Shown here: one piece after another, positions 45,150-54,971 of the stretch | How positions within the stretch are numbered: the first letter of the stretch is position 1 | Layout: every line of letters starts with the position of its first letter | Source: an uncultured bacterium | GTDB taxonomy: Bacteria; Hydrothermota; UBA3072 | DNA length: 64,000 bases | Assembly: GCA_964606065.1 (NCBI GenBank) | Contig: CAZSEX010000001.1 | Span: forward strand, 112,429-176,428 | Direction of reading: 5' to 3' | Position numbers and translations under genes: made by a program | The notes under the pieces: model-generated | Database searches by the model: none | Told to the model about the DNA's origin: nothing | The model's input: only the letters and a program-made list of their open reading frames with translations

Positions 45150-46771
45150 GTTTTTCCTCCTTTTTCTTGCTCCTGCCTCTTATAGCGGTGCCGATAATAA
45201 TGCATTTTATATCGAGAAAGCAGCTTAAAAGAACTGATTTCCCTACACTGCTTTTTTTCGTGAAAAGTGAAATGAGACTTGTCAGATGGTTTCGTCTTAA
45301 AGAGCTTCTTTTGTTGATAACCCGCGTTTTTTTATTGTTGTTGTTAATTTTAGCCGCTGCGAATTTAAAAATACCTTTTAAATTTTTCGACCGAGCTGAA
45401 GTTTTGATTGTAGATGGATCGCCCTCTATGGAGAAATTCGAAATGGGACGGAAGAACGCTTTTATTGTACCGACAATCTCGGGCATCCCTCGATTTTCAT
45501 ATTATCTGAAAAAGCATCCGGTTGGTGTTCTAATCACAGATGTTCAAAGAAATGGTTTTTCAGAAATAATCAAAAAAGGGGGAAAATTTCCTGGAATAAG
45601 AGTTAAAAGGGAGAATTTCCCTGCGGGTAATATGGGCATTGTAGCCGCTTCCTCGAGTCCGGCTTTTGAAGGAGAGGAATTTGTTGTAAATTTTAAGATT
45701 TTAAACGAATACAAAAAGAATAAGAAAACCATTTTGTTATTAAAGGCGAGCGACAGGATAATAAAAGAAGAAAATGTAATTCTAAAAGTTGGAGATAATT
45801 TAATGTCTTTCGATATAAAGTTACCGAAAGGAATATTTGCTTTTTCTCTGGAGCTTGAAGATAAAGAGGGGTTTCTTTTTGATAATAAATTTTATTTTGT
45901 GGTAAACGTGCATGAGAAAAGAAATATTTATGTCCTGTCGGATAGTTTTTCGGCGCGTCTAATGGCAGCTCTTTCTCATTCTTATTTTAGAGTAAAATGG
46001 GGCAGAGAACTCGCTGATGTAAATGGGGATTTTTTTTTCGCGTGCGACATGAGTGAAAAGGATATCTCCGGTTTACTTCAAAGTACGGTTCCCGGTATTG
46101 TTTGCGTGCAAGGAAAAACAAATACTTTGATTTCCAATAAAATTTCCAATAAAATTTCAACTGTTATAGAAAGATCTGTTTTTGATAAATTGTTATGTCC
46201 GGAGGGCTTGAGCGAGATTCCGGTGAGATATAATTGTCTTATAACTGAAGGGACGGAATTTTTATATTTTGAAAACGGTGATCCATTTCTTAATAGAATA
46301 AAAAACCATTTAATTCTACCGATTTCACTCGAGAAAAATGATTTGTCGCTGCATCCTGTTTTTATACCTTTTCTTTTTGGTTTGATTAACTTTTTATCTG
46401 ATGAGATGATTCATAGCAGTAATATTAGAATGGATGAAGAGATAATAATAGAAAGCTCTTTTAAGCCAGGTATAATAGCCCCTGAAGGCATTACGTATGA
46501 GCCGACTCGAGTTGGACAAAACATTTATGTGTTTACAGAAACAAAAGAATGCGGATTTTACAAGATAACCGATGGGAAAACAGTCAAAGGACTTGTGGCT
46601 GTAAATACACATCCAACCGAGTCTAAAATCGAAAGCCTTTCTGAGGAGGAAATTATATTTGTATTCGGAAAACAAAACCTTTTTAACGGAGTCAACTTTT
46701 TTCTTGTTATAGCTTTTCTATGTTTTGTTTTATCTGTTTTCCTGGAAAGGAAAATTTTTAGAATCAAATAA
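45146..46771 (+). CDS. BatA-like protein: aerotolerance-regulator N-terminal double-TM domain plus vWA domain
   Basis: N-terminus FFLLLPLIAVPIIMHFISRKQLKRTDFPTLLFF. MIDAS LIVDGSPSM. C-terminal TM helix. Confidence 0.6.
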   Translation: MSFSSFFLLLPLIAVPIIMHFISRKQLKRTDFPTLLFFVKSEMRLVRWFRLKELLLLITRVFLLLLLILAAANLKIPFKFFDRAEVLIVDGSPSMEKFEMGRKNAFIVPTISGIPRFSYYLKKHPVGVLITDVQRNGFSEIIKKGGKFPGIRVKRENFPAGNMGIVAASSSPAFEGEEFVVNFKILNEYKKNKKTILLLKASDRIIKEENVILKVGDNLMSFDIKLPKGIFAFSLELEDKEGFLFDNKFYFVVNVHEKRNIYVLSDSFSARLMAALSHSYFRVKWGRELADVNGDFFFACDMSEKDISGLLQSTVPGIVCVQGKTNTLISNKISNKISTVIERSVFDKLLCPEGLSEIPVRYNCLITEGTEFLYFENGDPFLNRIKNHLILPISLEKNDLSLHPVFIPFLFGLINFLSDEMIHSSNIRMDEEIIIESSFKPGIIAPEGITYEPTRVGQNIYVFTETKECGFYKITDGKTVKGLVAVNTHPTESKIESLSEEEIIFVFGKQNLFNGVNFFLVIAFLCFVLSVFLERKIFRIK

Positions 46772-47512
46772 AGAATATATTTCTTTTTCTATTTCTTTTT
46801 CTATCGAACTTTCAAGGTCGTCTCTTTCTGCCTTTCCTTTGTTTTTTTCGTCCTTGAGCCGTGCGCTTTCTAAAAGAAGATAATGCAATGGAGTGTCTAT
46901 TGTTTTCTGGGTATTTCTGCATTTGGACAGTATATCAATTTCGGCTTTTTCTAAAGAAAGAAGTTCTAACGCGGCCTCCGTGCCTGTTTCTCTTGCAGTT
47001 TTGGCTCCTATCAGAGAACCGTCTGAAAAATATAAAAATCCTTTGTTGCCTTCGTAATCGATTTCTAAGGTGCAGGTTTTGGATTCAATTTCTATAAGCT
47101 GTAAAAAGGAAGGTAAAGAAAATCCTCTGACGTGTCCTTCTGTTTCAGAGTTAAGGCCTTCTAATATTTTGCCTTCGAGGTCCTTTATGTCGAAAGGTTT
47201 TTCAAGGTAGAGAAAAGCGTTCAGTTTCTTGAGCCGCTCTTCGATCTGAGGCGTACCAAAAGATGTCATTACAATTACCGGAATACCCGGGTGTTTCTTG
47301 CTCATATACGCGAGCAACTCGAGACCATCCATTACAGGCATACCTATATCCGTTACAACCAGATCGATTTCATTGGAATTAAGTGTGTCCGCCGCTTCTT
47401 TTCCGTTCTCGGCAATGTGCACTTTTAGCCTGTCCCTGTGACTACCACAAAGATAAGATTTAATCGTCTCCAGCGTCGGCTTGAAATCGTCGACAATCAA
47501 AACTTCTTTCAT
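46730..47512 (-). CDS. Response regulator: receiver domain plus DUF4388-like C-terminal domain
   Basis: VLIVDDF...DLVVTDIGMPVMDGLELL...PVIVMTSFG, then FSLPSFLQLIEIESKTCTLEI. Confidence 0.7.
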   Translation of the reverse strand: MKEVLIVDDFKPTLETIKSYLCGSHRDRLKVHIAENGKEAADTLNSNEIDLVVTDIGMPVMDGLELLAYMSKKHPGIPVIVMTSFGTPQIEERLKKLNAFLYLEKPFDIKDLEGKILEGLNSETEGHVRGFSLPSFLQLIEIESKTCTLEIDYEGNKGFLYFSDGSLIGAKTARETGTEAALELLSLEKAEIDILSKCRNTQKTIDTPLHYLLLESARLKDEKNKGKAERDDLESSIEKEIEKEIYSLFDSKNFPFQENR

Positions 47513-47670
47513 AACTAAAAATGTGGTGCAAAAATTGTTCCAGAATTAAGGACTTGAAAACCAAATACATAGAAATTAAGACCGTGTAAATTTTGTAAAA
47601 ATTCAATTATATTAGTATATAATTTTTTACGTGAGTTGCATGTATGTGTTTTTGCGTTAAATTAAGAATC

Positions 47671-49386
47671 ATGTTTTCCGTGAAGTGTTTATTTGTGATA
47701 TTTATTTTTTTGTCGGTTGGCGGTGGAGAGTGGCCGCTTCCTGAAAGAAAAGGGCTGACTTCATCTTTCGGAGAGTGGAGGGATAGTCATCTCCACGCGG
47801 GCATCGATCTTCCTGTAAATGGAATAGGAGAAGTGATTTACTCTGTTTGCGATGGCTGGGTAATGAGGGTCAGAACTTCTCCATGGGGTTACGGAAAAGC
47901 GGTTTATGTTAAGAACGGCAGAGGAGAAATTTTCGTTTACGCCCATCTCAATTCTTTTTCTAAAGAATTGGATAAGAAGGTCAGAAAAGAACAGTTAAGA
48001 AGATTGTCTTACGCAGTAGATATGTGGTTTAAGGAAGGAGAAATCCCAGTTGAGAAAGGAGAGGTAATTGCTTACGCCGGACGTTCAGGGTGTTCTGCGC
48101 CTCACCTGCATTTTGAATTAAGAGACAAAAATAATTGTCCTGTCGACCCTTTTGTTCGTGGTTTTGATGTTGCGGACACTATCCCTCCGGTCATTAAGGC
48201 GATCCGGTTTGTTCCTCTTGATGAATTCTCGATGGTTTCCGGTTCTCATCTGGGGAAAGTTTTCGAAGTTGTCACAGACACCGTTTCCGTTTTTGTCCAG
48301 GGTGTGGCAGGCATATCGATAGAAACCGAGGATAGGGTAAACAACAGGTCGGGTCGTCTCGGTCCAAAAACAATCAGATTATATAAAAACGATTTATTAA
48401 TAAGAACCGAATTTATAGATAGGTTTTCCTACTCGAACTATACCGATTCCCGGTTCCTTTTTGACTTTGCGTACAGGATAAAAACAGGGAGAAAATTCAG
48501 AAGATTGTTTACTGTCCCGGGAAATGGTTTCCGTTTTTACAGGGGTGGGGATGGGATTATAACAGAAAACGATACAGGCAGTTATTCGATTGAGGTTTAT
48601 GATGGATCAGGGAACATGAGTTCTCTGTTTGTCAATTTGCTGGATTCTTCGGGAAGAAAGAATGTCAACTCGAGCGATTCGCTCTACGAGAAAATACTTT
48701 TCGAAACAAACGGGTTTCAGATTTTCGGTAAATGGTATAATTTGAAGGCAACCAGGGAATTTTTAAAATCGGGCGATTCGTTGGCTATATGGAATTTTAC
48801 AAAGAAAAAGTTTCTAAATTTGGAATCTCCTGACGGCAAATGCAAAATACTTTTAAACGAGGGAGAAACAATCAACACGAAGTTGATAGCTATCAGGACA
48901 AAATCCGGGGAAGAAAACATGTGGAGTTGGGAACCATCCATACCCTTTCAAAGGAAAGTTAAAATTAAAGTAAAGATTCCCCCTGACAAAAAATTCGTTT
49001 CTTTCTATGAAAAAAACGGTTCACAGTGGAGTTTTTGTTCTTCGAAAAAAGAAGGCGCTTATCTGGTAGGTTTTATAGGTCATCTGGGCACCTTTTCTTT
49101 GATTGAAGATTCTTTGGCCCCTGTTGTTTCTTTATCTAAAAAATATTTTTCTTCAAAAGTTCCGCTGAGGATTAACGTGTGGGATCCTTTGTCGGGCGTG
49201 GACTTCTATTCTATAAAAACTTTCATCGATGATAAGCAAACCGTTTTCAGGTATGATCCTCAGAGAAAAAGATTGATTTTTGAATATCCGGAGGAGATAT
49301 CGAAGGGCAAACACAAATTGGTGCTTACGTTAAGTGATAAGCAGGGAAACAAAACCTCCGGGGAGTGGAAGATTGTCAAGAAGTAA
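47671..49386 (+). CDS. Secreted M23-family metallopeptidase (catalytically intact) with large C-terminal domain
   Basis: HLHAGIDL (HxGxD) and GRSGCSAPHLHFELR (HxH) are intact. Signal peptide. Start ATG 47671 preferred over 47644. Confidence 0.75.
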   Translation: MFSVKCLFVIFIFLSVGGGEWPLPERKGLTSSFGEWRDSHLHAGIDLPVNGIGEVIYSVCDGWVMRVRTSPWGYGKAVYVKNGRGEIFVYAHLNSFSKELDKKVRKEQLRRLSYAVDMWFKEGEIPVEKGEVIAYAGRSGCSAPHLHFELRDKNNCPVDPFVRGFDVADTIPPVIKAIRFVPLDEFSMVSGSHLGKVFEVVTDTVSVFVQGVAGISIETEDRVNNRSGRLGPKTIRLYKNDLLIRTEFIDRFSYSNYTDSRFLFDFAYRIKTGRKFRRLFTVPGNGFRFYRGGDGIITENDTGSYSIEVYDGSGNMSSLFVNLLDSSGRKNVNSSDSLYEKILFETNGFQIFGKWYNLKATREFLKSGDSLAIWNFTKKKFLNLESPDGKCKILLNEGETINTKLIAIRTKSGEENMWSWEPSIPFQRKVKIKVKIPPDKKFVSFYEKNGSQWSFCSSKKEGAYLVGFIGHLGTFSLIEDSLAPVVSLSKKYFSSKVPLRINVWDPLSGVDFYSIKTFIDDKQTVFRYDPQRKRLIFEYPEEISKGKHKLVLTLSDKQGNKTSGEWKIVKK

Positions 49387-49429
49387 CCATGGAGGATACG
49401 GAGAAAAATTATGTTGTTTTTCCCAATCT

Positions 49430-49580
49430 CGATTAGAAATTGTAGGAGCGGCTTCCCAGCCGCGATAAGAAATTGTAGGAGAGGTTTCCTCGTCCTGTGG
49501 AATAGGGGTTCATCAGGTAACAGATTCTATTCCACGGGACAAGCCGCGATAATCGGGACAGGGATGTCCCTCCTACAAGA
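49430..49580. ncRNA. Candidate structured RNA / palindromic element in the M23-to-lipoprotein intergenic region
   Basis: AAATTGTAGGAG occurs twice (49436, 49469) and CTCCTACAA (49569) is its complement. A 12-bp stem CCTGTGGAATAG / CTATTCCACGGG (49492-49536), GGGACA-GGGA-TGTCCC (49553-49568), CGGCT-tccca-GCCG. Strand undetermined. Confidence 0.3.
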
Positions 49581-49696
49581 AAAAAGGTAAGGATAGCAAT
49601 CTGAGAAAATCTGCGTGCTATTAAAAATTTAGGGGAGGAGTGGTGAGGAACCATTAACGATTTACGATTCACCATTCACTAAAAACCGGAGGATAA

Positions 49697-50557
49697 ATGA
49701 GGAAAATATGGATATTAATTAGTTTGATAATTGTTTTGTTGATGTTTACGGGATGTAGCATAGAGACGACTTATTGGCAGAATTGGGAAGCTCCCAATTG
49801 GACAAGCGATGGGAAGATAGTATTTCTTGAAGACGAGGGAGAACAAAAGATAAATAGTTGGGGCAATATGGTTGGTGGAAGTCAAACAATTACGCTTTAC
49901 GAGATAGATGAAGATGGAAATAATTTGCAGCAGATAAGAGAAATAATATCCTGTGACTTTGAAAGTGGTAGCGTCCTGGGCCCTATATCTACTTCGAGTG
50001 TCGGAGATTGGGTGGTTTTAAGCATGGAAGACTGGAGAAGAGGAGACCATTATCCTGTCATGTATACGGTTAAAAGAGATGGAGATTCTCTTTCGGAGAT
50101 AGGAAGCGGAAGAAATCCCGATTTTTCACCCGATGCATCACAGATTGTTTATGAGAAACCAAATGAAGGTATATGGATAATGGATAGGGATGGAGGGAAT
50201 GATCATCAGATAATTGCGGATGGTAAGGATCCAGCTTGGTCTCCAGATGGTAAAAGGATAGCATTTTATAAGGATTACAAGGGTTTATTAGTTTCCAATA
50301 CAAGCGGAAGTGTAATAGATTCCTTCAATTTTCGCCACTATCCTGATTGGGGTCCACCAGATTCAAACGCCTTAGTAGCAACACATTATGGTCTTGACAG
50401 AGGAGTAATTATATATATAGAAACGCATAATGAAGACACAACAGGGATCCTCAGTGGAGAATGGCCAATCAAGTGGTCTCCCTATGGGGCTCTTTTTATA
50501 TGTAATAAAACCATTTATCAGAGAAATGGAGCTGAGATTTTTAGTCTTGTACCTTAA
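49697..50557 (+). CDS. Lipoprotein with TolB-like PD40 beta-propeller repeats
   Basis: Lipobox LLMFTGCS. NPDFSPDASQIVYE, DPAWSPDGKRIAFY repeats. Confidence 0.55.
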   Translation: MRKIWILISLIIVLLMFTGCSIETTYWQNWEAPNWTSDGKIVFLEDEGEQKINSWGNMVGGSQTITLYEIDEDGNNLQQIREIISCDFESGSVLGPISTSSVGDWVVLSMEDWRRGDHYPVMYTVKRDGDSLSEIGSGRNPDFSPDASQIVYEKPNEGIWIMDRDGGNDHQIIADGKDPAWSPDGKRIAFYKDYKGLLVSNTSGSVIDSFNFRHYPDWGPPDSNALVATHYGLDRGVIIYIETHNEDTTGILSGEWPIKWSPYGALFICNKTIYQRNGAEIFSLVP

Positions 50558-50566
50558 GGAGGGAAT

Positions 50567-51337
50567 ATGATGCAAAAAATTCTATTAAAATTATTTATCT
50601 TGTTTATAGTTTCAATAAACGTATTAGCAGAACCTTACAAACCGTATCCGGTAATTTTCGTACACGGTCTCGGCTCCAGTTCGGGCGCTTGGGGTGCGCC
50701 TACACGTCTCAGAAGTGACTCTATACCTGAGGATTCGCTGGTATCAGGGCACACCTACAAACATTTCCTTGATTATATGGATCCTTATGCGATTGTGTGG
50801 GATGAATTTGACTCAACTTATACACATCCAGGAGGAACTCCGGGACATCCTAACCCTGATCCCGCTTACCCCAACAAAACCTTTCTCGAGGTGATTAATT
50901 TCAATTATAATCGTGGGAGTATTGATAGAGATACCGAATATGACAGTCCTGATTATAAGGGGCAGGGAGATGAGTTGTGGCACAGGATAAAAGAAGTTCT
51001 TGATGAGTATTATGGAGAAGGACAATGGGAAGATAACAGAAACGCGAAAGTGATTCTCGTTGGACATTCTATGGGAGCATTAGCTACAAGGCAGGCTATA
51101 AAAGAAGATGTGATTTATCATGATTCCCTACTTGTTCCTCATCTCGATAAAGTTATAACAATGGGTTCTCCTTTATCTGGTTCTATCTGGCCAACCCAGT
51201 TCCTGAGATTTCCTTTTGGAAATACTTTGTTCGTATGGCATCCGATTTCACAGCTAAACCAGTCAGTTGTGAAGAAATTAAGAAATTTATTCCATTGGGC
51301 AAGCCCCGTAGGGAAAGATGACTGTATCGGGGTGTGA
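50567..51337 (+). CDS. Secreted alpha/beta-hydrolase, lipase/esterase-like
   Basis: Signal peptide, PVIFVHGLGSSSGAW, nucleophile elbow VGHSMGA. Confidence 0.7.
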   Translation: MMQKILLKLFILFIVSINVLAEPYKPYPVIFVHGLGSSSGAWGAPTRLRSDSIPEDSLVSGHTYKHFLDYMDPYAIVWDEFDSTYTHPGGTPGHPNPDPAYPNKTFLEVINFNYNRGSIDRDTEYDSPDYKGQGDELWHRIKEVLDEYYGEGQWEDNRNAKVILVGHSMGALATRQAIKEDVIYHDSLLVPHLDKVITMGSPLSGSIWPTQFLRFPFGNTLFVWHPISQLNQSVVKKLRNLFHWASPVGKDDCIGV

Positions 51338-51343
51338 TTTGTT

Positions 51344-51489
51344 GTCACTTAATTTATTTGATGTGTTAGTACGTGAGTGTGTTGGTGGGTAAAAAACAGC
51401 CCAACCGACAAACAGATTGACAGTAAAAATCTTTGCGTTTTTTGTGTCTCTGCGGTGCAATTTTCTTGTGATAATCAGTGTAATCTCCT
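51344..51489 (+). repeat. 146-bp dispersed element, copy A (inverted partner at 57742-57887)
   Basis: About 96 percent identical to the reverse complement of 57742-57887. Contains TTGACAgtaaaaatctttgcg and TTCTTGTGATAATCA (extended -10 / TGATAATCA palindrome) oriented towards the 51566 gene. Confidence 0.85.
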
Positions 51490-51565
51490 GATTCTTGTTT
51501 GGAGTTTTGGAGTGGCTCTTGACAACCAAATTATTTTATGTATCCTAAATTCAAACGGAGGATAG

Positions 51566-52963
51566 ATGTTAACAGTTGAAAAAATTGGCGGAGTTTCGAT
51601 GTCGAAATTCCACGATGTGCTGAAAAACATAATTATTGGTAATCGTAGGAAAGGGAACTACTACAATCGGATTTTTGTCGTCTCCGCTTACGAAAACGTG
51701 ACCAATTGGCTCTTAGAACATAAGAAAACCGGTGAACCCGGAGTTTATTCGGAATTTGTGGCTCAAGGAAAATGCGATAAGGCCATGGAAGGTGTTCTTG
51801 ATAAACTGCTGAAAATAAACAGGTGTTTTGTCGATATCGGGTTGGATCTCGATGTGGCTGACAGTTTTATAAAAAACAGGATTCTTGAAGCTAAAAATTA
51901 TCTTCATAGCATGGCTAATGTTTTAGCTTCCGGTTACCTTGAAAGGGAGAGTATTTTGCTCGCGGCGCGAGAAGTTTTAGCTTCAATCGGTGAAACCCAT
52001 TCGGCTTTCAACACAGCAAATATTCTTCAGCATAATAATATTAATTCCACTTTTGTTGATTTATGTGGCTTTGAAGATTCAGAGTTGCTGAGTATTGATC
52101 AGAGAATACATAAGAAACTAAAAGAAATAAATTTTTCCGGAACCCTGGCTGTTGTTACCGGATATACGAAAGGAACGGAAGGGATTATGAGAGAATTTGA
52201 TAGAGGGTATTCGGAAATCACTTTCAGCAAGGTCGCAGTCGAGGTGGGAGCTACGGAAGCCGTAATTCATAAGGGATTTCACCTTTCATCCGCCGATCCA
52301 AAAGTGGTGGGAGAAGATAAAGCAATTCCCGTTGGATATACGAACTTCAATGTGGCGGATCAACTCGCGGATATAGGGATGGAAGCCATCCATCCTAAAG
52401 CGGCTAAACTTCTTGAATTGGCAGGAATACACATCAGAATAAAAAATACTTTTGAACCCGAACACGAAGGAACACTTATTTCTAAAGACTATGTAGGAGA
52501 AAAATCAAGGGTGGAAGTAATTTCCGGAAGCGATAAAGTTGTTGCTCTGGAAGTTCACGATCCTTTAATGGTAGGTGAGGTTGGAGCTGACCTTGAATTG
52601 ATGAAAATATTTAAGAAATGTGGAATAAGTTACATTTTGAAGGCAACTGATGCTAATAGCATATCGATGGTAATATGGGAGAAGGATTGGAGCAAAGAAT
52701 TGGAAAAAGAGTTGAAAGAGAAATATTATAGAATTACAGCTAAGAGAGCAGCAGTTCTTTGTGTGGTTGGTAGCAACATAGCGAATCCTGGGATTCTTGA
52801 AAAAACAACTAAATTGTTAGCAAAGGAAAAGATTAATGTTGAATGCGTTTCGCAGTCAATGCAGCAGGTTAATATGCAGTTTGTTATTCAGAGGAAGGAT
52901 TACAAAAGAGCTGTTGTTGCTTTGAATGATGCTCTTTGCGTTGAAGCGGAACTTGCGAAGTGA
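51566..52963 (+). CDS. Aspartate kinase (amino-acid kinase domain plus two ACT domains)
   Basis: VEKIGGVSM / IFVVSAYENVTNWLLE (compare VQKFGGTSV / VVVSAM.G.TN.L), HPKAAKLLELAGIHIRIKNTFEPEHEGTLIS, C-terminal ACT VLCVVGSNIANPGILEKTTKLLAKEKINVECVSQS. Confidence 0.7.
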   Translation: MLTVEKIGGVSMSKFHDVLKNIIIGNRRKGNYYNRIFVVSAYENVTNWLLEHKKTGEPGVYSEFVAQGKCDKAMEGVLDKLLKINRCFVDIGLDLDVADSFIKNRILEAKNYLHSMANVLASGYLERESILLAAREVLASIGETHSAFNTANILQHNNINSTFVDLCGFEDSELLSIDQRIHKKLKEINFSGTLAVVTGYTKGTEGIMREFDRGYSEITFSKVAVEVGATEAVIHKGFHLSSADPKVVGEDKAIPVGYTNFNVADQLADIGMEAIHPKAAKLLELAGIHIRIKNTFEPEHEGTLISKDYVGEKSRVEVISGSDKVVALEVHDPLMVGEVGADLELMKIFKKCGISYILKATDANSISMVIWEKDWSKELEKELKEKYYRITAKRAAVLCVVGSNIANPGILEKTTKLLAKEKINVECVSQSMQQVNMQFVIQRKDYKRAVVALNDALCVEAELAK

Positions 52964-53014
52964 TGTTTAAATCGGAAGAACTTTTTGATTGAAAAAAAGA
53001 GGAGATTGCTGTAA

Positions 53015-54229
53015 ATGTCTGAAATAAAAAACATCGGAATTATAACAAGTGGAGGAGATTGCGGCGGTCTAAACGCCGTTGTACGCGGAGCAGCTTTCAT
53101 GACTATGGCAAACGGGGTTTCAGCCTACGTTATTCCAAACGGTTACGCAGGATTGTATAATCTTATAGATATGGAGAAATTAGCCAGGTTGGATGAAAGG
53201 AGGGTTGATACGATAAATTCGACTCTTGCAGGTTCGGAAGCCGGACATTCCAGGGTAAAGATAAAAAAAATAAAGGATGAGAATAAATACAAAAGAATCA
53301 AAGAAGGGCTTAAAAAATTCAAAATAGGTGGTCTGGTTATTTCCGGCGGAGATGACACGGGCAGCGTGGTGGTAGATCTTGCGAATCAGGGTATCCCGTG
53401 TGTCCACGCTCCCAAAACAATGGATCTCGATCTTCAAACTTATTCCGTTGGAGCGGATTCGGCTATCAGCAGAGTTTCCAGTTTTGTATCAGATCTCAAA
53501 ACTACAGGACAGAGTCACAACAGAGTAATGGTGATTGAAGTGTTTGGAAGGTACGCCGGGCATACTGCATTTAGAGGAGGTGTAGGCGCTGACGCGGATT
53601 GTATTTTGGTTCCGGAAATACCGGTAGATTTCGATGTCGTATATAAGCATATGAAAAAGAATTTTATGAGAAGGATAATCGATAGCGATGTAAATGCGGG
53701 TACCTATTCGATTGTTGTAGCGGAAGGTATGAAGAACGCATCCGGAGAGGAATTGATCGACGAAACCGTCGGAGTCGACGCTTTCGGACACAAAAAATTA
53801 GCCGGGGCAGGCAGATATGTTCGGAAACAACTGGAAAATAGACTGAAAGCAGACCCTGAAATAAAAAAATTCATGAAGGAACAGGGAATGTTCGTTCCCG
53901 AATTGTACGAGGTTCCTGAAGTCCGTGATGTTAAACCGGAGCATCTTGTCCGTTCCGGAAAATCTTCGGCTTTCGATGTAAACTTCGGGATGGAAGCCGG
54001 AGCCGGAGCTGTGGTTCTCTTGCTTAACGGATTGAGCGGAGTAACCGTTCAGGATGTCAAGAAAGGAAAAATAAGGTATCTTCCCACGGATAAAGCGATA
54101 AAAGAGCGGAGTGTGGATCTTGAGATGGTTTCTTTTTACGAGAATCTCGGATTTTGCTTTGGGAGAAATCCCGATAGACGTAAGGCGGAATTTGAAGAAA
54201 ATAAAGGGGTGGTAGAACGCCATCTTTAG
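53015..54229 (+). CDS. 6-phosphofructokinase, PPi-dependent-type signatures
   Basis: IGIITSGGDCGGLNAVVRGA, GGDDTGS (GGDD rather than GGDG), PKTMDLDL (Lys where ATP-PFKs have Gly in G-T-I-D-N-D). Confidence 0.8.
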   Translation: MSEIKNIGIITSGGDCGGLNAVVRGAAFMTMANGVSAYVIPNGYAGLYNLIDMEKLARLDERRVDTINSTLAGSEAGHSRVKIKKIKDENKYKRIKEGLKKFKIGGLVISGGDDTGSVVVDLANQGIPCVHAPKTMDLDLQTYSVGADSAISRVSSFVSDLKTTGQSHNRVMVIEVFGRYAGHTAFRGGVGADADCILVPEIPVDFDVVYKHMKKNFMRRIIDSDVNAGTYSIVVAEGMKNASGEELIDETVGVDAFGHKKLAGAGRYVRKQLENRLKADPEIKKFMKEQGMFVPELYEVPEVRDVKPEHLVRSGKSSAFDVNFGMEAGAGAVVLLLNGLSGVTVQDVKKGKIRYLPTDKAIKERSVDLEMVSFYENLGFCFGRNPDRRKAEFEENKGVVERHL

Positions 54230-54239
54230 ATTGTAAAAA

Positions 54240-54480
54240 ATAACAGAGGAGAAGAAGAAAACACCAAAAATAATCGTATACTCGACTCCTCCCTGTCCTT
54301 ATTATAATTCAGGTCAAGGATTATTTGGATAATAAAGGTGTTGAAATCGAGTAAAAGGATGTTTCGAAGGATAGAGCCGCTGTCAGAATAATGATTGAAA
54401 AGTCCGGAGAAATAGGTGCTCCTCAAATTGATATAAATTGAACTATCATAGCCGGTTCCAACATAGACGTGATAGATGAA
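54240..54480 (+). pseudogene. Decayed glutaredoxin gene (frameshift after CPY plus two in-frame stops, no start codon)
   Basis: KIIVYSTPPCPY then a +1 shift to VKDYLDNKGVEIE*KDVSKDRAAVRIMIEKSGEIGAPQIDIN*TIIAGSNIDVIDEKL. This is a clear Grx/NrdH-like sequence interrupted by TAA and TGA. Confidence 0.55.
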
Positions 54481-54496
54481 AAGTTAAGGAGGGGAA

Positions 54497-54970
54497 ATGG
54501 CGATCTTTGAAGAAAAAGAGATTTTTAAGTTTGCTATAAGAATTGAAGAAAACGGTGAAAAATTTTATCGTTTTGCTTGCAATCTGACGGACAATGAGGA
54601 AACAAAAAAAATGTTTAATTATCTTGCGGATGAAGAAGTAAAACATAAGAAAACTTTTACCCGTCTTCTTTCCGAAATAACCAAGGACGTCTCTTTTGAG
54701 AATTACTCTGATGAGTATTTTGATTATCTGAAGTGTTATGTCGATAATGTGATTTTTACTGAGGAACAATTGGAAAAACAACAGAAAGAGGTAAAAGATG
54801 TTCTTTCTGCCATTAAATTCGCAATGCAAAAGGAGTTAGATTCAGTTCTTTATTATCACGAGGTTGAGAAATTTATACCTGCCAACCAGAAAAGTTTGAT
54901 AGAAGAGATAATCGCCGAAGAACGAAAACATTACTCGAAATTATCGGAGATGAAAAAAAACCTTAAATGA
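54497..54970 (+). CDS. Rubrerythrin/ferritin-like diiron-carboxylate protein (no rubredoxin domain)
   Basis: Two E...ExxH half-sites: ENGEKFYRF...ADEEVKHKK and QKELDSVLYYHE...IAEERKHYS. Confidence 0.65.
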   Translation: MAIFEEKEIFKFAIRIEENGEKFYRFACNLTDNEETKKMFNYLADEEVKHKKTFTRLLSEITKDVSFENYSDEYFDYLKCYVDNVIFTEEQLEKQQKEVKDVLSAIKFAMQKELDSVLYYHEVEKFIPANQKSLIEEIIAEERKHYSKLSEMKKNLK

Positions 54971-54971
54971 T

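Noticed and set aside
49433-49675. 80-aa minus-strand ORF
   Set aside because: It lies entirely within the highly palindromic intergenic element and has no SD or motif. It is more likely a non-coding structured region.
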